Positions 48,171 to 60,900 of a stretch of 64,000 bases of DNA are shown one piece after another; within the stretch, counting starts at the first letter, position 1, and every line of letters begins with the position of its first letter. The stretch is from the NCBI GenBank assembly GCA_040285745.1, contig JAUFOR010000005.1:682001-746000 (forward strand). Reading direction: 5' to 3'. The stretch is from Barthelona sp. PCE (Eukaryota). The notes under the pieces are model-generated. The model had not been told where the DNA came from. It saw only the letters and a list, made by a program, of their open reading frames with translations, and did not search any database. The position numbers were made by a program, and so were the translations under genes.

Positions 48171-49409
48171 TTATCGGTGATTCGTAAAGTTATACCCCTT
48201 GTGACGAAGTCTGGGGGGTACATGAACATTCTGAGGGTCGCCGCATCTATTCCTGGTCCACAACCTCAACTTCCTGTCTGTGCTACCTGTGCCCACAATA
48301 CACCCACTGGGGTGGAACGCAATATCGGTTACCTTTGCATTGTGGACATATGGTAGATACGCCATTGGTTTTGTGTCATCGTCGAGTGACCACCAGTAAA
48401 GACTTCCCTCCTGATCACCTGACACCATGACGTTCCTTGCATGTGGGTGGATACCGAACGTGGTGACACCCTGCTTGTGCTGGTATGTCTTAACACAAGT
48501 CTTGAGATTTCGAACATCCCATAGCTTCATCGAGTAATCCTGACATGAAGTGATCAACCGCTTATCGTCGGTGGGGTGGAAGCGCACCCTCGATATGTAC
48601 CGGGGATGGGCGGAGAACGACCTCAAAAGGGCAGGAGTCCTTGTATCCCACAAAGATACATTCCCATCATCACAAGCACTCGCCAACAGTGACAGTGAGC
48701 CGTGCCAATCGCATGAATTGGCGCTGAAACCGTTGGATCCAATCACCTCAGGCATAAAATCGCCCCTGTTGTAGGTCCATAGCACAAGCTGGCGATCGCA
48801 AATGCTGACGAATCGATCATCGCCTGGAGGCACTGCGAAGTCTGAAACCATGCCCGAGTAGGAGCGCAGGTAGTTTTTGTTGGTCCAGAATGTCTCCAAC
48901 GTGGCATGGTGCATGGAAATACTACCCTTATCATCACCACTGAGAAGAATGTGCTTAGAGCGGAACCACCGCTGGCTCAGAACGTTACTGTTTGGTTCTT
49001 GAGGACTGCCGTGCTTTTGGCCGACCCATTCATACTTGCCTGTTGTCGAACTCCACAAAACAAGACGTCCATTGCCTAAACCCGTGATAAAGTAAAGACC
49101 TGATGGTGTACATGTCAGAGACTGTATTGTGCCCCTCTTTTCGATGCTTTTATCTGGGTTCTTAAACTGACAACCGTGCCAAAATCGTGTACATAGTGCC
49201 ATTGCTGGTCTTCTCTTAAATGCCCTGGGAGGCATGAGGAAACGCGAATAGTCGCTTGATGGACGATAATCGTTAAACTTTTGCCCAAATGGTGCAACTT
49301 GGAGAGCAGTACTCTCAAGAAAACATGAAAATGAGGGATCAACGACTCTTCGATCAATGTTCTCCTGATGTTCAGTACCTCTCTTGCCATGAACAAGGGT
49401 TTCGCTCAT
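48171..49409 (-). CDS. WDR33: WD40 protein, polyadenylation factor WDR33/Pfs2-like
   Basis: Several WD repeats, LCTRFWH, TPSGLYFITG, and C-terminal LWTRNRCGD matching the recalled WDR33/Pfs2 FWTRNRPGD. Confidence 0.8.
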   Translation of the reverse strand: MSETLVHGKRGTEHQENIDRRVVDPSFSCFLESTALQVAPFGQKFNDYRPSSDYSRFLMPPRAFKRRPAMALCTRFWHGCQFKNPDKSIEKRGTIQSLTCTPSGLYFITGLGNGRLVLWSSTTGKYEWVGQKHGSPQEPNSNVLSQRWFRSKHILLSGDDKGSISMHHATLETFWTNKNYLRSYSGMVSDFAVPPGDDRFVSICDRQLVLWTYNRGDFMPEVIGSNGFSANSCDWHGSLSLLASACDDGNVSLWDTRTPALLRSFSAHPRYISRVRFHPTDDKRLITSCQDYSMKLWDVRNLKTCVKTYQHKQGVTTFGIHPHARNVMVSGDQEGSLYWWSLDDDTKPMAYLPYVHNAKVTDIAFHPSGCIVGTGSTDRKLRLWTRNRCGDPQNVHVPPRLRHKGYNFTNHR

Positions 49410-49565
49410 GATTTACTTAGGAAAGAGTGAAGATAACGAAAACACTCGTTTCGTTATTTCTACATGCATACAGAACCCATCACACTGCTCATGTGCCGTT
49501 TTGATTGTGTTTGTCAATCTAAAACAAGCCAACAACCAATAACACGTTTTCTAAACCTTATCAGC

Positions 49566-52500
49566 ATGGCAGAATTACTTGAGCTATTTGAGGGGTTCAC
49601 GGACCAAGACAAGGTCGACCTTGTTCGTGTCGAGCTTGACAAACAAGCAAACGAAGCTGGGTTTTTACAAACTGTTGTAGAAATCATTGCTTCAGAGGAA
49701 GTCGAAGAAGACTGCAAGCTTCCTGCAGCAATCACGCTGTTCAATTCTGTTAAAAAACACTGGAAAGTGGACGAATTGAAAGCCGAAGAAATTGCGCAAA
49801 CCTCTGACGAAGAGAAGGAGTTTGTTCGTTCAGCCCTCGTTCAATTATACACCGAAGTGAGCAGACCAGTAAGATCACACCTGAATCGGGCCATCAGTTA
49901 CATTGGGAAAATTGACTTCCCACATAACTATGGGGATTTGCTGGAGTTTTTACAAGCATTTGGTGAGGCTGCTGTCGAAGATGGAGAGATCAGCGTTGAT
50001 GTTGACCTCGTACAAATAATTCTAGGACTCTTTAGCAGTGTCATGGATAAGTATGTGAATATTGTTGCGTTTTCTGGAGAGCATATGGATGAGATTGCTA
50101 AGGAGATCGAGATGATCGTAAACAGTCTCTTCAAGCCCATCTATTCAATGTTGAACATATTTATCGCACAGATTGTTGCTAACTATGACCGCAAAACAGA
50201 TCTCATGATTTGCAGTATAGTATCTATTATAAACAAGATGACCCAGCAGGATATGAGCGAGCTCATCTCGTCCAAGTCCGAGGAGCTCATCGGAACAATG
50301 ATAGGTCTGACTGAAGTGACCCAGGAGCTAAAAACAAAAATGGCAATCTTTGAATTACTCACCACATACATTACAAAACACTCAGAGGAGCTGTCTACAG
50401 ACCTTGTTATGAGCACCCTTGGTGCTGGATGGACTACTTTTGAGGGTCTTGAGAGCGATAACCTTAACGCAGACGACGTTAGTATCCGTATCATTGAGAC
50501 GTTCAGAGCGATCTCGAAGAGCAAGTTCAAAGACAAGCTGCTTGACTTGGAGGTGCTGCCTTCCATCGTTGAGGGAATCATTGTTCCTTCGTTTCTCCCC
50601 CGTGAGATCGACGTCGACCAGTACAGCGAAGATCCGTACGGTTTCCTACAAGTTGAGCTGGAGGGTCTGTCAGAGGGCACAAAGAAGAGCGCCTCGATTG
50701 AATTTCTGGGTGAACTCATCAAGGCACTCGATGAAGATTCAGTCAAAGTCTTGTTCAACCCTTATGTCGAAAACTGGCGTGACAATAGTGAGACCCGTAT
50801 TTCTTTCATGTACATCCTCACATCTATCCTCACAAAGAAGCGTTTTAGCGTTGGAATCCTGGAAGCTACGGATTTTATTGATATCGATGACTTTGTAAGA
50901 GATGTCCTGTTCACCGACCTTCAATCTATTCTGAGTGATGGCCTGAGCAATGAGAACATGATGGAGCAGTTCTATGTTTCCGCTGTGATCCGATTCATTA
51001 CTTCTTTCTCGCTCCTCATTGACCCTAACATTATTAACGAGTTCTATGTTACGTTTAACAGTGTCATGCTGGAGACTACAAGTCTGGTCATCGGCCACCT
51101 TATGGTATTCTGGTCAACCATCTTGACCCCTTTCCACTTCTCTGTTTTGGACGTCAGCAACCTTGATAGGGTGCAGATGGCAATTACACTGCTCAACAGC
51201 ACTCCTGAGGACTTTGTTCATATGACAACCCGCACGCTCAACATGCTCACTGAGTGTATCACGGAAGAGGGTGAGTACCCACCGCATCTGTGCGAGTTTA
51301 TCCTCGTGTGTTTCAGCAACATGCACTATCTGACACTTACGCATACCGGTGATATTAGTGTCTGTGAGGGTCTGATCGAGCTCATGGTTCCCCTTGTGAA
51401 CCTTGCACTAACCACACCTACTCCTCCCCATTTCATCGAGAACATCCTGAACGCCTTCCTTGCTCTGCTCAACATCATCAAATTTGGCTGCGTCGGTGAT
51501 TTGAAGCGGGTAGTCGATATCAACGGTCATTGTGAGGAGAAAATCGAGAACGAAGAGCCGGATTACGCCACTCGTGTCGGTCTTGTTTCCACTGCAATGG
51601 AAGACCTGAATGATGTTTTCCTCGAGCTCTTGAAGGACGATGAAAGGGAGTACATCCACGCGTATGTGATCCAGCTTCTGGCAGGTTACATCGAGGTATA
51701 TCAGCACAATCTCACTCTAAACGAAAATCTTGAAAATTACCATTACATCAATGTCCTGTCGGATCTATTCGGTCTCGATCTGCAGTTCACCACTCCCGAG
51801 CTCCCCACACCAGTCGAGCTCCCAGAATTCTTTTCTTCACTCTTCGACTTCTTCCTCACCAAAAAACTCTGGGCCACAATCAACAACCATGCAAGTCTTG
51901 TTCTGTTCATCGAGCGCTATCTTTACTGCTCATCTCAGTTGCTGGGAGAGCGCGAGTTCAGCAAAAGGATCTTAGGTCTTGTTCAGTTCTTACTGAGCAA
52001 ACGTCGCTTCGATAGATACAATACTAATATTATCCGAGTTCTTTTCTCGAAGTTCACGTATCTCTCTGATCTGTTCAAGAAGTTAGTCAGGCTACTGATT
52101 AAACGGTACATGGCCGACCGCGACAGCGAAGGACAAAGCTCTGCATTCATCCTTAACTTCGGACTAACATCTTGCTTCTTCATTCTCAGGTTTGGAACCG
52201 AGAAGCTCAAGGAGGTGTTTGATACATTAAAGGATGGACTATTCGAGGTCTTCTTGGAGAAAATATTCGTTGGCACTCTTAAACTGATGGCCAAAGTACC
52301 TCAGCACCGACAGATGCTTGTCGTCACAACTTTCTTGTTGGCTGCCGAGCTTGATGACGCACGTGTAGGTAGTACCCTGGTAGAAACCCTCATTGAATGT
52401 GTGTATAAGGACACCACAGCTACAACCTTACAAGTTGCCAGTGCTAAGTCCAGTATGCGTAACGAAAGCGATGTTGTCTTCAAGAAGATGGCAAAAATTG

Positions 52501-52709
52501 AGAAGACCAGCCTTAATTTACTCAAACTCAATTATAGACACGATATATCGTTTTTCAAATCACTGAATTCCGAATCCATGAGCATTAGTGAGTTTATTGT
52601 TACATTTTATCAATCGTGTCAGAGTATGGATGCTTTTAGTAATCTGAGCTTTGATGATAAGGAAGTTGAAGAGTGGTTTGTCACTCAAATTGAGAAAACT
52701 AGTGAATAA
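49566..52709 (+). CDS. CSE1: Importin-beta family karyopherin, Cse1/exportin-2-like
   Basis: IBN_N-type AAITLFNSVKKHW, IGKIDFP, EDPYGFLQVELEG..TKKSASIEFL; helical repeats; likely start at ATG 49566. Confidence 0.75.
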   Translation: MAELLELFEGFTDQDKVDLVRVELDKQANEAGFLQTVVEIIASEEVEEDCKLPAAITLFNSVKKHWKVDELKAEEIAQTSDEEKEFVRSALVQLYTEVSRPVRSHLNRAISYIGKIDFPHNYGDLLEFLQAFGEAAVEDGEISVDVDLVQIILGLFSSVMDKYVNIVAFSGEHMDEIAKEIEMIVNSLFKPIYSMLNIFIAQIVANYDRKTDLMICSIVSIINKMTQQDMSELISSKSEELIGTMIGLTEVTQELKTKMAIFELLTTYITKHSEELSTDLVMSTLGAGWTTFEGLESDNLNADDVSIRIIETFRAISKSKFKDKLLDLEVLPSIVEGIIVPSFLPREIDVDQYSEDPYGFLQVELEGLSEGTKKSASIEFLGELIKALDEDSVKVLFNPYVENWRDNSETRISFMYILTSILTKKRFSVGILEATDFIDIDDFVRDVLFTDLQSILSDGLSNENMMEQFYVSAVIRFITSFSLLIDPNIINEFYVTFNSVMLETTSLVIGHLMVFWSTILTPFHFSVLDVSNLDRVQMAITLLNSTPEDFVHMTTRTLNMLTECITEEGEYPPHLCEFILVCFSNMHYLTLTHTGDISVCEGLIELMVPLVNLALTTPTPPHFIENILNAFLALLNIIKFGCVGDLKRVVDINGHCEEKIENEEPDYATRVGLVSTAMEDLNDVFLELLKDDEREYIHAYVIQLLAGYIEVYQHNLTLNENLENYHYINVLSDLFGLDLQFTTPELPTPVELPEFFSSLFDFFLTKKLWATINNHASLVLFIERYLYCSSQLLGEREFSKRILGLVQFLLSKRRFDRYNTNIIRVLFSKFTYLSDLFKKLVRLLIKRYMADRDSEGQSSAFILNFGLTSCFFILRFGTEKLKEVFDTLKDGLFEVFLEKIFVGTLKLMAKVPQHRQMLVVTTFLLAAELDDARVGSTLVETLIECVYKDTTATTLQVASAKSSMRNESDVVFKKMAKIEKTSLNLLKLNYRHDISFFKSLNSESMSISEFIVTFYQSCQSMDAFSNLSFDDKEVEEWFVTQIEKTSE

Positions 52710-52743
52710 TAAAAACTTTTTTACAATACTGTTAGCTAAGCAA

Positions 52744-53484
52744 TCAATAAAACACGCAACTGAAAAACTCTGAAGAGAAATTTTCTTGGAACGCATCCAT
52801 AGCAGATCGATCTACTGAAAGATCGTAAGACTGAGATAGAAAAATTACCGCTGATGTGATACAGCTTCTTTTAATCTTCGAAAGTGAAGCAATGATGTTC
52901 ACGACAGTGTTGTATCGCTCAGATTCTAAGTCATCGAGGAGATATATGATGAAGAGTCCTGTAAGAAGCAGTAGGAGCTCTGATTTGGAAAGAATTACAG
53001 AAGAAAGAATCCGTTGTATCGATACATAGACCCGAAGATACACTTGTGGTTGGATTACAAATCTTTGTTGAAAAGCTTTCAAATATTCTATGAAATCTGT
53101 TGAAGTTTTGGCCTTGGAAGACTGTGCCATGTCAAAAGGGAAAATTTTGGAGTTTGTTGAAACTATTTCGTCATCAAAAAATTCAGTTATGTTAACAAAA
53201 AATTCTTCAACTCCAAGCTCCGCAATGAATAAATCCCCTGATTCGAGTGGAGATGGTGCTCCTGAATGCATTGGTGAAGCTACAGATACTTGAAGAAAAT
53301 TCTCTGTACTACAGCTGAAATCATCCGAAAAAGTACTTGGCGTGTTTATCCATGTGGAAAACGATCCGTTTGCGGAGAAGGGACGATACATCCCGTCAGT
53401 AAGACAGGATAAAAAGGTGATATTCTGTAATACATGTTTTGAACAGTGTTTACACAATGGCACTTCAGTCTGACACCCACACAC
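52744..53484 (-). CDS. Divergent cyclin-fold protein (PHO80/cyclin P-U-like), start uncertain
   Basis: YLKAFQQRF..YLRVYVSIQRI..LLLLLTGLFI..DD..YN..YDLSVD pattern; track start is GTG, first in-frame ATG ~53391. Confidence 0.5.
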   Translation of the reverse strand: MCGCQTEVPLCKHCSKHVLQNITFLSCLTDGMYRPFSANGSFSTWINTPSTFSDDFSCSTENFLQVSVASPMHSGAPSPLESGDLFIAELGVEEFFVNITEFFDDEIVSTNSKIFPFDMAQSSKAKTSTDFIEYLKAFQQRFVIQPQVYLRVYVSIQRILSSVILSKSELLLLLTGLFIIYLLDDLESERYNTVVNIIASLSKIKRSCITSAVIFLSQSYDLSVDRSAMDAFQENFSSEFFSCVFY

Positions 53485-53740
53485 GATCGAATTCAGGTAG
53501 CAGAATTAAGAGAAAGCTACTTAAGGTCAATATCCAGATTCGATCTCAGAATTTGAATTGAAACTTCCCATAACTTTCAAAGGCTTTTCTGTAGAAATAA
53601 GTACCGTCAAAATGGTAGAAAAAAACTAGAAAGCTGTTATTAATTGAAAACTCATTATTTTTCCTTTTATGGAGGAGAATCTTTTTGGTATGTCATTTTC
53701 TGCCATTTAACAATCAGAAAGCCAAAGAGTCTCTTGAATT

Positions 53741-54802
53741 ATGCAATTAGGTGTTTTAAAAAATATGACTCATATAAAATATTTAACGCTCACTTTTGTG
53801 TGCGTAATAGGTTTATCACACGCAATAAGCGATTTTAGCTTTTTAGAAAAGGGCATAAAGCTTGAGGATTTCGATAAATGTCATTTTAACGAGTATGTTG
53901 ATGTTCCTGTCAATAATACACATCGTTTTGACATGATTCTGGGATACGTAACACCTTGGAACGGTCGTGGCTATGATGTTGCAAAGAATCATGCTAAACG
54001 TTTCACACATATTTCTCCATGCTGGTTTACTTTAAACTCAAAGTATGTTTTGGAGGGTATCAAAGATGTTGATCGTGGGTGGTTACGTGATCTAAAGAAG
54101 GAGAATAATGATCTAAAAGTGTTTCCTCGTATTCGACTCAATGTTCAAGATGTGAATAAGGCCTTGAGAAATTCGAAATGGCAGAATAAGTTCAGAAATG
54201 TCCTGAAGAAGTTTGATGGTTTCGTTCTCGACGTTGGAGGTCATGACGTTTCCACCAACGTTCTTTCTCAGTTCCTAAACTCGATACATCAACCTGTTAT
54301 TATTGCAGGTAGCTACAGGGCGCTTCAACCTCAAAAAGTGCGTGAATTTCAGAGTATGGAATTTATTGTCAAGTTTCAGGTGTATATGTACGACTACGCA
54401 CCTCCCATCAACGCACCTATCAAGTGGATAGAAGAGATGCTACACATGTACCGCGACCAAGGTGTTGCGGGCAAAGTCCTTGCTGGGATGAATTGGTACG
54501 GGTACAGGAAATCCGTTGGAGATACACAGGCCATAATAGGCACATCACTGCTGGAGAGTATAGCCGAAGACAAGGGTCATATGAGTGTCAAGTGGGCAAA
54601 GACGGTTGCTGAGCACAGAATCGACCAGAAATTCAGAGATCCCTTCACACACAAAAGGAAAATAACCAGTTATCATTACCCCACTCCTTTTTCGATCCTC
54701 GCACGTCTTGAGGTCATCAAAAGGTATGGGAGCGGTGTTGCAATATGGGAACTTGGACAAGGACTGGGTTGCTTCCCCAACCTCTATTTTGTTGACAAGT
54801 GA
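53741..54802 (+). CDS. CHID1: Chitinase domain-containing protein 1-like (GH18, probably non-catalytic)
   Basis: LGYVTPWNGRGYDVAK, FTHISPCW, FDGFVLD, MYDY, NAPIKW, GMNWYG, YPT..SI..RL, IWELGQGL; lacks the DxxDxDxE motif. Confidence 0.9.
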   Translation: MQLGVLKNMTHIKYLTLTFVCVIGLSHAISDFSFLEKGIKLEDFDKCHFNEYVDVPVNNTHRFDMILGYVTPWNGRGYDVAKNHAKRFTHISPCWFTLNSKYVLEGIKDVDRGWLRDLKKENNDLKVFPRIRLNVQDVNKALRNSKWQNKFRNVLKKFDGFVLDVGGHDVSTNVLSQFLNSIHQPVIIAGSYRALQPQKVREFQSMEFIVKFQVYMYDYAPPINAPIKWIEEMLHMYRDQGVAGKVLAGMNWYGYRKSVGDTQAIIGTSLLESIAEDKGHMSVKWAKTVAEHRIDQKFRDPFTHKRKITSYHYPTPFSILARLEVIKRYGSGVAIWELGQGLGCFPNLYFVDK

Positions 54803-54964
54803 AGTTGATTCATGAAATGTTATGATTACGTTACAGCACCACTTCACCAGGGAAAGAACGCTGTGCCCTGTATTTTTGTATGGTAGGATGATCATCAAAG
54901 TAAAGAAGAACCGACACAACATAGAATCTTGTTTTTTTATTTCACACCTTTTTTAATCCTCACC

Positions 54965-57900
54965 ATGAACTTGCTACGACGCACGTTCAACCAGGTGAGA
55001 AATGCATTTACGGACAATACAGTACCGGAAATCGCACCAGATGCAGAGAGCCATCTGAATTCCAACCATTCTGATCCTCAGCTCACAGCTATCATTGAAA
55101 CTTACAATAATGCGTTTCAGGGAGACAAAAGAAGCTATGCAGAACTATTACTTCAACATTTCGATGTGAGTTTCCATATTTATGAAAACCTAAACACGTT
55201 GGAGGTAAATAATCTACTGTTACAGTACTTTAATCACGGGGAGATGACTGAACTTTTGGGTTTTTTCAGAGATATCGTAACAGAAGACCCTCTTTCATTT
55301 CTACATTGCATTATTCTCTTTATTGACGTCATTCCTAATTTTTTTGTGGTTCCTGAGTTGTGTTTCCAGGCATTGCGTAACTTAGATGAATATAAACTAT
55401 TCTTTAAGAGCTGTGAATACACAAGGTTCTTCTCAATTGGAGATATTGTGGATTTATATCCTAGTGCGATGTTTCCCCATGTGTTGCAATGCTGCGATGA
55501 GCGTTTGCAATCAGAGATGGACGAATCTGAATTCCTGCAGATGTTCGTCGAATCAAAGGATATAGACTGGTTTCTAACAATCTTAAGAGCATCCATTTTC
55601 CCGTTAAAGGAGGATTACTCGTTCTTTGGCGGGTTTGATGATGGTGAAAAGCGATTATGGGTTGATAACTCTGTGTACGGAAGAATTGTATCAGATATCC
55701 GTGGTCTTTTGGGTTTTTTCGATAATGACACCGCAATGCAGTTCAAACTTTTGAGTGGAATCGTCTTTATTGGTTACAAACCGTTTGATATTGACTCTGC
55801 AATGTTCCATTGTAAGCAATCGGTTTTGAAAACTGAAAAGCGCATCATGTGTGAGCCTGCCCACAACGAGATAATGAGCAACTTGACTGAGGAGGACCCC
55901 GACCGTATCACGCTCGCGCTAAAGACAATACATGAGATGGTCATTACGAACCCTGTCAACATTGACGCCATTATGAATCTTTTGGAAATCGAAACTTTTC
56001 TTGGTATGTCTCTATTTCACCAACGCATGTTGCTCAGAACAGTCGACTTTGCGGTGACTTCTGCAATGTACATACCTGTTTTCCTCGATGGAATTTTAGA
56101 TCACTGCTTCAGAGCTCTTGAAAGCAATGATCTCCGGTGTATCGAGTTGTATACTGAGCTCATGCAGTTCCTGAAAAAGCTCATCAGCTTCATCGGTCCT
56201 GACGCATCGTTTGCACAGTGTTTATTGAGTTTCGAATGCTTCAAACATATTTTTTCAAATTTCAAGGAGTATGTCACATTCGAGGATGCGTATGATACGT
56301 CCATAGCGGCCACGGCGTGCGATGTATGCGACTTAGTCATCCAAATTGGCGAAAACAACTGCAGTCTCGTGAACAATCAGGAAGTCTTGTTTCCGTTGCT
56401 CATATACGTTTCTCTTAAAAACGATCCAGCCATCACACATAGAATCACACACATTTTGAAGCGCTCTTTAAAACAGAACTGTACGAATCTTATCGCACTG
56501 TTTATAGTCTTCTTCTCAACAATTGCCCATCATTATAGCGACACAAGACTTGATTATTACAAGCAAGTGGGCATCGACACGCTTGTGTTGCTGACGTCTC
56601 TCGTCACTCCAGGCTCAAGGTTGCATAAGCAATTTGGGAAGGAAAGTGGATTTTTCCACTCTTTGAGCGAAATGTTTTCTGCGGGAATCATCAGCTGTTC
56701 AGCACTTAAGTGCTTCCTCCAGCTGTCCTTCTTCCACAGTGGTGAGTTTACATTTGACTGTTCCTGCTTTTGCTCGTTGTTTGATACGGGTATTGATATC
56801 AAGCAACAGGCAGCCAACATCATTCTACAGTTCATCTTCTCTCTGTGGGTGGACGTCAACCCTTTTGTGCTCTTCCATGCGTTTCGCGACGATATCGTTG
56901 GGTATGAGGAGAGTCTCAAGGACTTCTTTGCCATTCATGAGAGAACAGTCACGATTGATCCCATCGACGCCATCATCGGTTATGGCGTTTGGATGAGACA
57001 GGGAGGAACCCGCATTCAGAAGCCGTACCTCGCCCAGTTTTTCCTTCCATTGTTCTTAGGTAGAGACGATCTGTCAGTACCTTACCTTACGTGTCTTGCA
57101 ATTTCTAGCGAGGCAACACCCCACTTGTGCACCGACTGGACTATGTGTCTTCTGGATGTCCTTGAGGAGACGCTGCTGCCGTGTGTACGAATGATTTGGG
57201 AAACAGATGTTTCCCATGACTCGGCTGTTAGTGACGAGCAGAGAGAGAAATTCGCATATTTGGGACTCACTGAGGATTTTCTTATTAATATTCACGACGC
57301 AAAAGCCATGGTAACGCGAGCATTTGACTCAAAATTAAGCATATTGATGGATGAAATCTCAAACGTCGAAATTTTGCTTTTGCGTATTCTCACAAGCGTG
57401 TTCCGTGTCCGCATTGAGTCAGAAGCTCTGCTCCGCTTCTACAAAGACGTTATTTTTTTGGGTTACCTGAGCACATACGCATCTGACAAGCAGGACCCAA
57501 TAGCTAACCAACTTACAACTGTTTTTCATGCTGCGCTGAAGACATTTATGGACATGTTCCACTCACCAACGATATCTAGCTTTTTTGAAACTGACAGCCG
57601 TGTGTTCTTGTCTACACTTAAGTTGCCACGTTCTGGGTATTTCTCCTTCTCTTTCTGGCTGTACGTTGGTTACATTCCGCAACAGAGGCATTCTGTGCTC
57701 AGTTTCGTTCAGAACTACAATCCTCAGATGAAAATAGTTGAGCCTGACATCACAGTAACAATTAACACTGGTGGCGTCATGTTCTTGACGTATTCCAATC
57801 TGAGAGTAGCCGTGTGTCATGAGTTTCCTGTTGCTGAATGGGTGCATATAACTGTTGGTGCTTCTAAAACCTCGCTGATAACTTCTATCAACGGGAAGAC

Positions 57901-60900
57901 AAAACAGCACAATATCAGACGTGTTAATAAGCTTAGAAATACAAAATACAGTATTCTACAAGGCAACGTTTTCGATTCATCTCGTTATATGGTTTCTATT
58001 GGACACTTGTACATATTCAACGAGAGTCTTTCGAAAGATGAATGCTCCATCCTGGCTTCATTGAGGGATTATTATGGCCGCTTCCAAGTACCAATATCTA
58101 CAATCTCCAACTCAAACCTTAACCTGAAGAGTGACCTCTCCCAGAAGTATTACTATAAGCTTAATCACTCTAAAATTTCTTCAGATAACATAACAGTCAC
58201 CCATACTGTGAGCAGAGTTATTCAAAGTATCGATGGTTCTCTACTTCTGTTTATTCCTTTTGATTTGGTCAATAAGCACGATATAGACATCATTAACGGG
58301 CTCTTTCGCATGCTAAGTCATTATTTGAACGAATTTAGTATTGTTCGCAGTTTTGAGATTAACAATTATGTTGATTATCTTCTGTATTTCATCGATAAGA
58401 CCATTGACGTGTGGACACGTGACACAATTGATGCGGTGTTTAGTATGCTCGGTGGCAACGCCTTCATATTTACACCAGAAAAGCTGAGCGCTTTGCTTAG
58501 CTACATGCTGCATCAGCTTGTTCATTTTGAAAGATATGACCTGCTCACGTGCTTCTTTGTGAAACTTGAGGATAGTTTATCACCCACAAACATCGAAGTT
58601 TTGCTTACAATTGATATCTTTCAGATTCTTTCAGATCTTTTCCTCAATGTAGAAACCGGTATTAATGACATAGTCACAGCGAGTATTTCATCCTTCCTCA
58701 AGCGATATCTCGCTGAGTTCGACACTCTTGAGCAGATGTCTGCGTCTATCGATAACATTCTTGTGTGCGCTATTGGACTGAGTAACCTCGGTGAGACTCG
58801 AGTCGATACCAACTGTCTTATGGAGTTTGTCTACAATATGCTCGATACAGTGGTGTTCAAGAACCGTACGTACGTCAACAACAGTCTCTTATTCCATCTT
58901 GTAAGCAACGTTAATGTTCACAAGTTGCTTCCAATCATGCTGAGGCTTGACGAGATGCAGCCCGACCCCCACTTTCCCGAGAAGCTGCTCAATATAACGC
59001 TGTGGAACATGTTATCAAAACCTGAAGCGTGTTTTAGTTGTTTCTTTACATATATCCAAAAGCAACCGAAACCCCACCCGAAGCTCGTTGATATTCTCAT
59101 TCGTTTGCTTAGAAGTGAAAATCTAGATCATATGGATGCAGTAACACGATGGATTGCGGAGTCAAAAGCTGTTGGTCCTGCGCTGGAAAGGAGTCGCATT
59201 ATTTTCTGCTTGTTGAGTTTACTCCCCAGCAATCTGCGACCGCTTGCATTCATTCACGACGAACATGCGCTCATGAACCTTAACTTAGGCGATGAGGATG
59301 ATGAGCGAGAACAGTATCACAACCGCGAGTATGAAGCTGCAGTTTTCCAACTTGTTTTAACTTTAACTGAAAGAAGTGAGGGAATTCTCGACCGTTTCCT
59401 TAGTTTCGACTGGGATCTCGACACTTTGCAACATTTCTTGCACTATATGGCTTCTAAACTATTCAAACAGCAGCAGAAGCTGATCAGCGCTCTAGTTTGC
59501 CGTATGGTTCTGCTGGGCTTTAGTAGCACTGATATTGGTGTCTCAATGAGTCCGGGTTTCCACTCTGACATTGAGAGGGAGTTGCCTGCTTTCCGCGAGC
59601 GCATGAACACGCATTTTTTGTACTTCAAGAACAAGGAGAGCGTATGGATAGACCAACGAGATGCTCTGTTGACCAAGTTTGCAGCAGAACTGGATGATGT
59701 TTTCTCAGATTTCCAGGTTTACTATCGGAAGCGAACATTTGTATTCTTGAGACTCAGTCAAAAAGTGAAGAGTATTGATGCAAGATGGAGCATGATTCAG
59801 GAAGAGCTGTTTGCTAAACTGGATATCAATGTTTTCGGAAACATTGATATCCCACGTGCATTTTTCAAGGATTTCGGCGAACAAAGACCTGAATTGAGCT
59901 ATTTTGTACCTTTCCGTCTTACTAATGACTTCTGTAAGTATGGATATAGATGTCTTTTTGAACCTTTTGTTGATTTCTATGATCACTTTCCCTATCTGCC
60001 AAAAATCATTAGAAAACAAGGTTTTGCTTCTTCCGATCACTCGCTTCCACTCTTCCTCAACCATCTTCTTAAAGCCATCCTCTCACCTGCCACATCAGTG
60101 CAACATGAAATCACACAACCTACTGGTGAATTGCACAAGGGTGGAATCTCTGAGGCTCTCACAGCTTCTAGCATTGCTAATGTGCAACAGTTCTTCGAGC
60201 CGCTTGTGCTCTATGTGAACACATACCCAATCAATGCTGTCGATGCTCTCAACGTACAGCTCATCAATAACGGTTTGGATCCAGTATGCGGTGTACTTGT
60301 GTTGTTGACTGATAGACTCCTTTTCTTAAAGAACTATCGTTTGTATAAACGTGATGGTGTGTCTTCCATGCCGAATGAGGATAACCCGCTATCAGCGTTC
60401 AGTCTGTGCGAAGTTTCAACACAGTTACTGCGGGACTCTGCTCAGAACAACGTTGCTGTATTTCTTAGTGATTACATAGGTACATACTTCGATAGTCAGT
60501 TCACAAAGGATCACATCGAGATTCCGTTCGAGCTGCTTAACGGCATACACCCACAACAGCATCTACTCAGTAACACTGCAATCGAGATTGACACTGTATA
60601 TGGAGAGCGTGTTTGTGTTCTATTTGGATCTGATCGTATCAGAGATGTTGTTCTGTCCAATTTCAAGGCTTTCAACCTGATTGATGCTGAAGACAACATC
60701 GAAACACAGACGAAACGTGTTCAGCAGCAGTGGGTCGAGCGTAAGATTAGTAATTTTACTTATTTATTGGAGCTGAATGCTTTAAGTCACAGAAGTTTCC
60801 TCAATCTGGCACAGTATCCCGTTTTCCCGTGGGTTTTGAGTGATTACACGTCTGAGTTTATCAATTTATCATCTGAGGAAGCTTATCGCACTCTTTCAAA

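Noticed and set aside
49464-49565. Upstream extensions of ORFs given by the track (also starts 24238, 25586, 39148, 44147, 54929)
   Set aside because: Mostly TTG/GTG starts or extensions through AT-rich intergenic DNA; downstream ATGs fit eukaryotic initiation and domain boundaries better.
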